Below are positions 54,588-64,000 of a stretch of DNA of 64,000 nucleotides, in pieces. The stretch is from the NCBI RefSeq assembly GCF_006345805.1, contig NC_043000.1:82274001-82338000 (forward strand), in the 5' to 3' direction. Under the pieces are notes generated by a model that made no database searches, had not been told where the DNA came from, and was given only the letters and a program-made list of their open reading frames with translations. The DNA comes from Octopus sinensis. Lineage: Eukaryota. The stretch's first letter is position 1, and each line of letters starts with the position of its first letter. The position numbers and the translations under genes were made by a program.

Positions 54588-54700
54588 ATATATATATATT
54601 TATTTATATATATATATAGGTTCCATGCTCAGTCCCACTGTGAGGTACCTTGGGCAAGTGTCTTCTACTGTAGCCTCGGGAAGACCAAAGCCTTGTGAGT
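54416..54700 (+). mobile_element. Fragmented SINEs split by (TA)n
   Basis: ggcgcaggaatggctg head; cagtcccactgtgaggtaccttgggcaagtgtc body. Confidence 0.7.
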
Positions 54701-54955
54701 GCTTCTTATTAGTGAATGATCTGTGTCACAATCCGCGCTGTGGTAACTACGGGTCAGTTGAACAGAATTCAGAAAGGATCTTCGTGTAATGATGAGATCC
54801 AGCTGATGCCAGTGGTGAGATCTTGGATGTGTCCAAGATGCCTTGTGGAATGTCTTGTTGGCAAAGAATGTGTTGGTGATGCACAGGTTATGGTATGAGC
54901 AAAATTCAAGTAGTCTCTGACCATTGTCATTCATGTTGCCAATACCAAAACACAT
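54701..54955 (-). mobile_element. RTE-clade LINE apurinic endonuclease fragment
   Basis: NDNGQRLLEFC..LCITNTFF..SWTHPRSHHWHQLDLIITRR..SADCDTDHSLI. Confidence 0.9.
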
Positions 54956-55042
54956 ACACTTACATATATCCATACATATATATACGATTGATTTGTTTCA
55001 GTTCTTGTCTACGAAATCCATATATATATATACGTGTGTGTA

Positions 55043-55078
<36 letters not shown>

Positions 55079-55453
55079 GATAAATTGATAGATACAACTG
55101 AGTGAGCAAACAAAAATATGAGACAGCGTAGTGCTTTTTTATATTTTGATAAGCCTGGTACTTATTCTATCAGTTTCTTCTTGTGAAACCAGTAAGTTAT
55201 GGGGATGTAAATAAACGAACACCAGTTGTGAAGCAGTGATGAGGGAGAAGCACAAAGACATACACATAGACTTACATATATACATACATATGCATACATG
55301 TATACATATACATGTATATCTATAGAAATACATCTATACATATACATGTATACATATACAGCTATACATGTATATGTATACATATAAATCTATATATATA
55401 TTATACATGTATATATATATATATATATTATATATATACATCCATATATATAT

Positions 55454-55489
<36 letters not shown>

Positions 55490-55516
55490 CATCCATATAT
55501 ATACATCCATATATAT

Positions 55517-55566
<50 letters not shown>

Positions 55567-55614
55567 GTGAATTGAAGAAATGGAGCTGAACGCAGATTGA
55601 ACAGAAATCGTTTT

Positions 55615-55707
55615 ATTTCATTCTACACGTGTTTCGAAAGGCACAAATTACCAAAATCCGATTGAATAATGGGACCATATTGTGTCTTTCTCTTCAGGAA
55701 GAAAAAA
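55615..55707 (-). ncRNA. Type I hammerhead ribozyme motif (left arm)
   Basis: Minus strand TTC-CTGAAGA-GAAAGACACAA..TTGTGCCTTTC-GAAA-CACGTG-TA-GAA: canonical core, palindromic stem III, GUA cleavage triplet. Confidence 0.75.
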
Positions 55708-55870
55708 GGAAATCCGTTGGAAAAACAAAAACAGAACAGAGGCGGAGCAAAAACAAATCGAACTATGCTCCTAAGAGCCCATGGCGAAACTCGCCATGGG
55801 CTCTTAGGAGCATAGTTCGATTTGTTTTTGCTCCGCCTCTGTTCTGTTTTTGTTTTTCCAACGGATTTCC

Positions 55871-55965
55871 TTTTTTCTTCCTGAAGAGAGAAAGACACAA
55901 TATGGTCCCATTATTCAATCGGATTTTGGTAATTTGTGCCTTTCGAAACACGTGTAGAATGAAAT
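55871..55965 (+). ncRNA. Type I hammerhead ribozyme motif (right arm)
   Basis: CTGAAGA at 55881, GAAAC at 55945, GTA triplet at 55954-55956; extra GA at the base of stem II. Confidence 0.7.
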
Positions 55966-56223
55966 AAAACGATTTCTGTTCAATCTGCGTTCAGCTCCAT
56001 TTCTTCAATTCACCAATAATGTTTTAATTTCAATTATCCGCACCAACGCACGGTTGCAACGCCAGATGGTTGTACCTCCAACCGTGCTATTTACTGCTGT
56101 GATTTTTGCTACTAAGGTATCGGTTAAACTTTTGATTGATCTACTACAGGATTATTCATCTTTCTATTTCACATTATATATATATATATACATCCATATA
56201 TATACATATATTATATATATATA

Positions 56224-56272
<49 letters not shown>

Positions 56273-56324
56273 ATATATACATCCATATACATACAATAGA
56301 GAGAATTGTTGTTTCACTTTTAAA

Positions 56325-56545
56325 ACGTAATACTGAAATAGTGGAGAAGATATGATATTGCTGTGGGCTCGCCCTAGGCAAGAAGTTAAAGTTTTTTCCC
56401 GGTGACACTACATGGAACCTAAGTAAGGCATGTGTAAAATTTGAATGAAATTAGCTGTGTAGTTCTCAAGTTTTAGGGATTCACACAGACAGACAGACAG
56501 ATAGACAGACAAACAGACACACATTCTCAGTTTGATATATATCGA
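56325..56545. mobile_element. Possible Helitron/Helentron-type non-autonomous element with (GACA)n
   Basis: Short element with an internal (GACA)n block, a layout I associate with DINE-1-like elements; termini not resolved. Confidence 0.4.
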
Positions 56546-56554
56546 TAAAGTTCA

Positions 56555-58110
56555 TATAGTTCAATTAGCGCTTTCATACGTTCGTAGTAATCATCAGATT
56601 TCAAAAAGTATTTAACTGACATTTCAGGTCTTGACAATTGTAGTAAAATGACTGACTTCTTCCTTTTTCTACCTCTTAGAAGGCTCCAACAAGCCGAATT
56701 TTTGAATACGGTTTTGACTACTCTGCATGTAGCTTAAACTACACTGTTTGTTGGGCGTACCAATATTACTGGCACAGATCATGCCTTTATTTCAATCAGT
56801 TAGCTTGTGGTTTACATGTAATGGTTTTATGAGTGACCAAACTTAGTTGGTTTCGATTATTTTTATTTCGGTTGGAGGGAGTTTTCTTTAATTTGTTTAT
56901 ATTCATATGTTAAAGATATTTTTTAATTCACATTATTAACTGGTTGCTCTATTACTGTTGTTATTTCCGTTCATTTTAATAAACCGTTTTTCTTTTATCT
57001 TTCTTCGAACCTCACTTGTGTAGTGTACTTTGTGGAAAGGAAAAATTAGAAACATTTACTGACCACATGTTTCTATATATTCGCTTAATGGAATTTGGCG
57101 AACATTAGTGTTCCGGATTTGTTGTCTGTGAACTCGTGAGCGTTCCGATAATACATTCCCTGTCTCACCAATATATAGTTCCTCGCAGTTCGGGCATTTA
57201 ATGCAGTAGATCAAATTTCTGCTTTTGCAGTTCATATCTGCATTTGTGAAAATCTGTCCATTTTTTGTTCCAGTATGCATATATTGACACGTTCTACATT
57301 TTTTATCGTTGCACTTGGGCACTGTGAATGTTTTATCCTGTTTGTTTATGTTGCATTTGTCCTGATTTAAATTTATATGTTTTATTTTCAATGCGGTTGA
57401 TGCAAGTCCCGCAATTAGACCGGTCACAAATTTTGGTTGTTGATGCGGGGTTTCTGGAAGGTAATTTAGAGCAGTTAGATAGTTGTTTGAGCGATTTTCA
57501 TTTTGCTTTTAAATATTTTGCGCATTTCGAGGGCTTCTTTCATTCTCAGGTTTTGTCTCAGTAGGGCTGGTGGATAATGTTGTACACCACTGTGTTTTGG
57601 GGTTGTTTATAATACAGGTAGAGTATTGGCTGTCTCGAACTGTGTTTTGTTTATCGTACTTCTTGAACATATTCCATTCCGTTGTCAATTAACATTGAAG
57701 GATATTGTCTTTCAAGTAACATTTGTTTAAATTCCTGGAGTCTTTTATTACGAGTTTCATAATTTGAAACGATTGTGTAGATTCTTTTTGCTGGATTAAA
57801 TGGAAATTAAACTTCGCGTGTTTGGAATGGCATGGGGATAACAGCAAGTATTGTTTAGAATCTGTTTGGTTTGCAGTGAATGAATGTCTGTTTCAGTGTT
57901 TTTGCCTGTTTTGGTTATTAGAATGTCCAGGAATGATAGTTGAGTTTTACTGTATTCTATCGTGAAGATAATACTAGTGTTTATTATGCTTGACAATTAG
58001 GTTTTGGAATCAATAAGCTGGTGAAATGTGTGCGTCCACAAAATCAGGCAGTCATCTAAGTAATGTTTTCAGTTTTCTAGTAAATATTTACGGAAGTCCA
58101 AGCCGTATTT
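56555..58110 (-). mobile_element. Penelope-like element (Neptune-type linker), 5' truncated
   Basis: YLDDCLILW, FTIEYSKTQLSFLDIL, linker KCNDKKCRTC, GIY-YIG NLIYCIKCPNCEELYIGET..RVHRQQI. Confidence 0.92.
56563..56600 (-). ncRNA. Minimal type I hammerhead motif at the PLE 3' end
   Basis: Minus strand AAT-CTGATGA-TTAC(TACGAAC)GTAT-GAAA-GCGC-TA-ATT; palindromic stem III AGCGCT. Confidence 0.7.
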
Positions 58111-58204
58111 TAATTTACACACTCATACATATATAATACATATAATAAAACACACACGCACACATGCACACACACGCAAACGCAGATATACACACACATA
58201 TGAT

Positions 58205-58759
58205 ATTATTATTATTCAGTTCATGCCATCAAAGTGACACTGGGGTAAAATATACGAAGCCCAATATACCCATCATGACTACCCGTCTGATAAGAGTACA
58301 CCAGGCACATGCATCACAACCATATGTGCGCGACATGGTGATCTCATATCAATATAAACAGCACATGACCTTGCAGGTGGGGCCCAGTTAGAATTTTCTT
58401 CAGGTTGAGTATCCCCTCAAGCTCAAAAGGTCCCTGAATAAAGGTTGTTTAAGGATGTTGAAAGAACCACCCATGTTTCCAGAGGTGAATTATTCAAACC
58501 CCAAAGAATCCCTCTCAACACATGGCTATGATGCTCCCCCACTACTTCTGCTCGTGATCAGAGATGCACATATCGTCAGCTACTAAGGGACATGCTCAAC
58601 TGGTTAAGGTCAAACAACTGAGAAGCAAATCTGTGGTATTGAGCAGAATATTTGCTGTAGCCCATCTTTTATACCAAGACAAAACAATGTACATGATAAC
58701 ACTTCCAATCAGTTAAGATCAGAAGCCATGAGAGCCACTGCCTGGTACTGCATCAGGGC

Positions 58760-58765
<6 letters not shown>
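58205..58765 (-). mobile_element. ~560-bp non-coding interspersed repeat, copy 2
   Basis: Reverse complement of 20695-21250; (ATT)n on both sides. Confidence 0.85.
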
Positions 58766-58797
<32 letters not shown>

Positions 58798-59066
58798 ATT
58801 ATTTACACGCTAATTATTTTTTTATATGGTGTTGAGAAGTTAGTTTTGTAACTGATGTCGCTATTGTTTCTAAGTCTATAAATAACCGTGTGTGTGTGGT
58901 CGTGCGTGTGTGTGTATGGTCGTGTGTGTGTATGTGTGTGTGTGTATGTGTGTGTGTGTATGTGTGTGTGTGTCCATACATACATAATAAGTAATGGATG
59001 TAACAGATTTTTTTTTTAATTTGTCAATTCAATAGATTGCTTCATTGTTTTCTTTTCTTTATTTAG

Positions 59067-59170
59067 CATTATAAAATATTAATGATCTCTTGCTTGGCTA
59101 GACATATGACCTATTTGCTACTTTATATAGAGACGGGCGTTATCGTTGTAAGTTTGTGCGTAGATTACTG
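59067..59170 (+). other. Candidate 104-nt exon
   Basis: Acceptor ttttcttttctttatttag| and donor CTG|gtaagt; one frame open (HYKILMISCLARHMTYLLLYIETGVIVVSLCVDY). Alternative acceptor at 59101. Confidence 0.4.
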
Positions 59171-59669
59171 GTAAGTGCTTTCTATCGATTAAAACGTTTG
59201 TTTTAATTTTTGAAGGCAAGTTTGAATACAGCTTCGGTAAGGAGGGAACTAAATACTATGATACTATTATAGTAAAGCATTCGAGAATATGGGGAAATTT
59301 GTGTTGTCGAGTGTTGGCAAAATGTAACATATATTATTACCAGTCGAACAACGGAATAAATCTTAACCATTAAATATGATTTATTCCACTGTTTCAGCTA
59401 TGTATTATAGACAGCGGCATCGGTGCTATATGAAAGAAAGACAGACTAACATGCAGAGAGAGGGGGAGAAGAGGAAGAGGAGGATGAGGAGGATGAGGAG
59501 GAAGAGGAGGTTTTTGGAAGAGAGAGAAGGCGTGTATAAATATGAAATAAAGAGAGACAAGGAGATAATTTTTTTTATGTAGAATCAAACAGAGAAAGGC
59601 TCAGATCTTGAAACTCATACTGCCTCTACGGGAATAGAGTTGATATACAAATTGTAATACTTACTGCAG

Positions 59670-59705
59670 GCTGATGAGTAGAACTAGCAGTTACTGCAGG
59701 TTTGG
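59670..59705 (+). other. Candidate 36-nt exon
   Basis: tacttactgcag| acceptor and TGG|gtgagt donor. Confidence 0.3.
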
Positions 59706-60678
59706 GTGAGTACGCATGCACACACACACACACACGCACAAACGCACACACACAAACACACACACACACACACACACACATACACACAACACACATACAC
59801 ATACACACACACACACAAGGCCATACAGTCACAAGCACAGACGCACACGCACGCACATCACAAAATATCACATCGAGGAAAAGTAATTTAAAACATCACT
59901 ATTATCCACATTCTCATCTACTCCTTATAAATATCATATACTACAAAGCTTCAAAAACTTTCGTCGCACATCTGTGACCTGGTCATTGACACAATTGCTA
60001 TTGCATCTGTTGAAAGTCAGTCACTGGCCAATGTTTATAAACTTTGAGTATTTCCTCTCTTTCCTTCTTTCTTTCTTTCTTCTTCCCCTCTCTTCTGGCT
60101 CACTTCTCCCTCTCTCTTTTCCTTCTCTCTTTCTCTTCTCAGTATCTAAATTACATTCCTCTTGATGTACGGGAGTGGTTAATGATTTTTAAACGTCAGT
60201 TCCATATATAAAATTATTTATTTATGCGATGACTTCTTGTCCTTTAAATGTGACCTTTCTTTTTCTCTTTTCAACTTTTGACTTCGCGACTTCAGAACCA
60301 TTATTTTTAATTCTTCTTTTCTTCTTCCATCTCATCCCTTTTCGAAACTGCTCTTCTGTTACATTTACGTGTTACTTCAGTGAAGACAATGCATTGGCAG
60401 AATCATTAGAGCGTCGGTAAACGAAAGGATGCGATATTCGTTCCGTTTCTTTACGTTCGGAGTTCAAATTCTGCCTATGCCACTTCACCTGTCATTCTTT
60501 CGAGGTCGACACAATTAAATACCAGTGAAATATAATAGTCTCATCATAAGGTCCAGTCCTTGTTAAAGTGTAGTGACTACTTCCAAAGAAAATAAAATCG
60601 CTTCAAGAGCATTTATACTCTTGCCCAATTTAAAGCAACATCTCATTAAAATGAATCCCCACAAAACAATGCTCAACA

Positions 60679-60937
60679 CAGTGGTTCTTAACCGGGGTCC
60701 ATATGACCAATGCGGAGAAAGGTCCATATAGGTTTTTTCCGTGAAAATTTATGCGTAATAAATTACTTATATTTCTTCATTACACCAAATATCTTAATTT
60801 TTATTTAATGCAGTCCCTACTAATATTTCATTCTAAAAATATAATTTGATTTTTAAAACGTCAATTCATTATGAGCGTCCATCTGAGTAAAATAGGAATC
60901 AAAGGGGTCCGTACGTAAAAATGGTTGAGAAGCACTG
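60679..60937. mobile_element. hAT-type MITE
   Basis: TIRs CAGTGGTTCTTAACC / GGTTGAGAAGCACTG; decayed 8-bp target duplication gctcaaca / gcctaaca. Confidence 0.85.
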
Positions 60938-60994
60938 GCCTAACAGAACACCTGATGGACGATACATACTTATAATAAAATATAAGTATGTTTA

Positions 60995-61200
60995 CATATT
61001 GGCTTCAAATTTTGGCACAAAGACAGCAAGTTCGGGGGAGGGTGAAAGTCGAATACATCGACCCCAGTGCTCAACTGGCATTTGTTTTTATTGAACCCAA
61101 AAGGATAAGGCAAAGTCGATGTCGGCGGAATTTGAACTCAGAACGTAAAGACGTGCGAAATACCGCTAAGTATTTTGTCCGGCATGCTAACGACTTTTAG
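60995..61200 (-). mobile_element. tRNA-derived SINE
   Basis: Reverse complement of the 7614-type SINE. Confidence 0.8.
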
Positions 61201-62109
61201 TATGTTTACATATTACTAAGACGTTGTGTAGAATGCTCACTCACACACCAAGTCACAAACAAGCACGCAAAGATGAATGACCGAACTATTTCTTGTATAA
61301 TGTAAATAGATAAACAACATCTCAGTTACGTAAATAAACCTGTCACTCTTACAGCTCCGGCCTCTCTTAAACTCAACTCATTAATCACACATAAATCATA
61401 TTTGTTGTGTTTTTGTTTTGTATTTTTTTTTCTGCCACCACAAATCCATTCACCTCATTAATCAACACCATTAAATTAACCGTTATTAACTACACCCTTA
61501 CATTTCACTAAATAACCAACTGAATTTCCAGGATTATATGCATTTAAGCCAGTCTTTGCAAATAGCCTCCTTCCACAACTACCAACTCTTTACAAATGTG
61601 CCCCACCCACTTCTGTCTTATCTTCTAGGAATATATCTATATAAACACAACGATTAATAGAATAACCAATTACTGATTTTATCCCCTATTCTTTACTTGT
61701 TTCATTCATGGGACTGCGGCCACGCTGGGGCACCACCTTGGCGGGTTTAGTTCAGTGGTTTTTAAGAAGTTAAGTCTATCGCCAACCTAAGCGTCGAGTG
61801 AGGTATCGCGACGAAACTAACTTAACAGGGTTGATGATTCATAAATTTTACTCTAAACATCTATTCTATAAGTTTTTAACGGTGAAATGATAAAAAATAA
61901 ATAAAGACATAAATAAATAAAGACATAATTATAAAGACATAAGTTGTGAATTTACTTCATATATTGCAAGTCAATGACTTCTCAGTCCCTGATGAGATCT
62001 CATTTCATTTTATTAACCATTATTAGTTTTATCATGTATAATATGATTATATTATATGTCATGTATAATATAATTACTTCTATAAGTAAAATTTAGTATT
62101 CTTTTAGCC

Positions 62110-62500
<391 letters not shown>

Positions 62501-62629
62501 TCTTTTAATTTTGACTCTGTATCTTCAGGAGGAGTTACCTCAATCCTTTATACATTAACCAAAATGAAGTAGATTGACAAATTTATTTTTTGAAAAGAAG
62601 AGTGCTATTGTTATCTTTGTGAGTGGGCA

Positions 62630-62850
62630 AGGATTATGGTAGCATTCACCAATGTAAACAAGGAGACGGCCCAGAAGAGTTGCAGGAGATTCCGATGTCG
62701 TCTGGAGGCCGTGGTTGAAGCCAATGACGATTTTATTGAGTAAATTTACTTTTTAGTATTTCAAGATATTTTTATGTAGTTTTGGTAAATATATCTGTTA
62801 AAACGAGATGTCAGTGTTATTTTCATTTTGGCATAATTTAGATGACAGCT
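62630..62850 (+). mobile_element. Tc1/mariner-superfamily transposase C-terminus
   Basis: RIMVAFTNVNKETAQKSCRRFRCRLEAVVEANDDFIE*. Confidence 0.75.
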
Positions 62851-62874
62851 TATTCACCGTTCTCTGCATACACA

Positions 62875-63045
62875 TGCGCAGGCGAGGCCATGTAGTAAGA
62901 CGTTTGCTTCCAACCTCATGTTTCTGGTTTCACTCTCACCGTGTGCCATCTTGGGCAAGTGTTTTCTGGCATAGCCTCGGGCCGACCAAAGTCTTGTGCA
63001 TGGATTTGTGAACGGAAACTGAAAGAAGCCCATCATAAATGTATG
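62875..63045 (+). mobile_element. tRNA-derived SINE head
   Basis: Same family as 24476. Confidence 0.8.
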
Positions 63046-63053
63046 TATGTATG

Positions 63054-63129
<76 letters not shown>

Positions 63130-63139
63130 AAAAAATATA

Positions 63140-63570
63140 TATAAAAATACAAATGGGACAAGAATGCAAAACATTCAAATAGACGACACAAAAAAACGGA
63201 CGGGTCATTCGAAGCCTCTAATCGTCAGTCAAGGACCAGATCATCCTCGCAATTTCGGCTGATTAATCTTGAGATCGCTCCGATCCGGCCAGCCCCAAGG
63301 AAAAACTAAGCTACGAGCATTAGATTTCTTGGAAAAAGGATCGAATGTATACGAAACAAGGACAACAAAACGGACGATGCCACACGAATATAAATACAAA
63401 AAACAATAATAATAACAGGACAAAAATAACAGGCGTCTTTCGACTTTAGACAATTCAGCTTAGCTTAGCTGGCGTATTTGGAAAATAATACCTTACGGCA
63501 GACGAAATCTTGATGTTGTCGTGGCGGTGCTCAGAAGCCGAAAGGCTAGTTGACCGGCGGCCACGTGAGA
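63140..63570. mobile_element. Non-coding repeat abutting (TA)n, homologous to 29880-30015
   Basis: Shared ~120-bp terminal segment. Confidence 0.6.
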
Positions 63571-63841
63571 AGAGAAGAGAGAGGAAAAAAGGGGCAAAGG
63601 AATCAAAGAGAGAGAGAAAAAGAGGGACAAATGCATCAAAGAGGGGGAGAAGAGAGAGAAAGAAGGAATTAAGGAGGGGATATATGTATATATAGTGAGA
63701 GTCTTGAAAACAGTTACTGGGAGCGATTTCTTTGACTAAACCCTTCAGGGTAGTGCTGAATATGGCCGCAGTCCATGGACTGAAGCATAGAAAAGATAAA
63801 AAATATGAAAAATGTGCGTGCGTGTATGTATGTTTGTGTAC

Positions 63842-63872
<31 letters not shown>

Positions 63873-64000
63873 TGTATGTATGTATGTATGTATGTATGTA
63901 TGTATGTGTGAGAGAGAGAAAAAAAGTGGCAGACAAAAATACTGTGACAGAAACAGGCGGACTAACAGACACAGCTATATATGTAACCTTTACCAGTCGT

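Larger units (their letters stand above)
55560..56020. repeat. Near-perfect 461-bp palindrome
   Basis: Arms 55560-55787 and 55791-56020 are reverse complements except for one 2-nt indel; the spacer is AAC. Confidence 0.97.

Noticed and set aside
59671-59700. CTGATGAG as a hammerhead core
   Set aside because: No stem II or GAAA downstream.

Overview
AT-rich, microsatellite-saturated animal DNA with no identifiable intact protein-coding gene. Most ORF-track entries are translated (TA)n/(CA)n/(TACA)n/(AAT)n repeats or transposon fragments. The SINE sequences and TE mix suggest an octopus (coleoid cephalopod) genome; this is inference, not a database match. Decayed TEs seen: six R4/Dong-type LINE pieces next to (AAT)n tracts, three L1/Tx1-type pieces, an RTE fragment, three Penelope-like elements (PLEs; RT plus GIY-YIG), mariner, hAT, piggyBac, Chapaev3-like and Helitron remnants, MITEs and many tRNA-derived SINEs. 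Several isolated + strand segments have strong splice signals (10.4, 16.5, 17.0, 59.1-60.1 kb), so the window may lie in introns of a + strand transcript. The most interesting signals are RNA structures: (1) a near-perfect 461-bp palindrome (55560-56020) with a hammerhead ribozyme in each arm on opposite strands; (2) a repeated hammerhead with a non-canonical core (CUGUYGA plus an extra A); (3) further PLE hammerheads of other architectures; (4) a ~310-nt imperfect fold-back in unique sequence at 17.0-17.3 kb. All folds were worked out by eye and TE boundaries are approximate.
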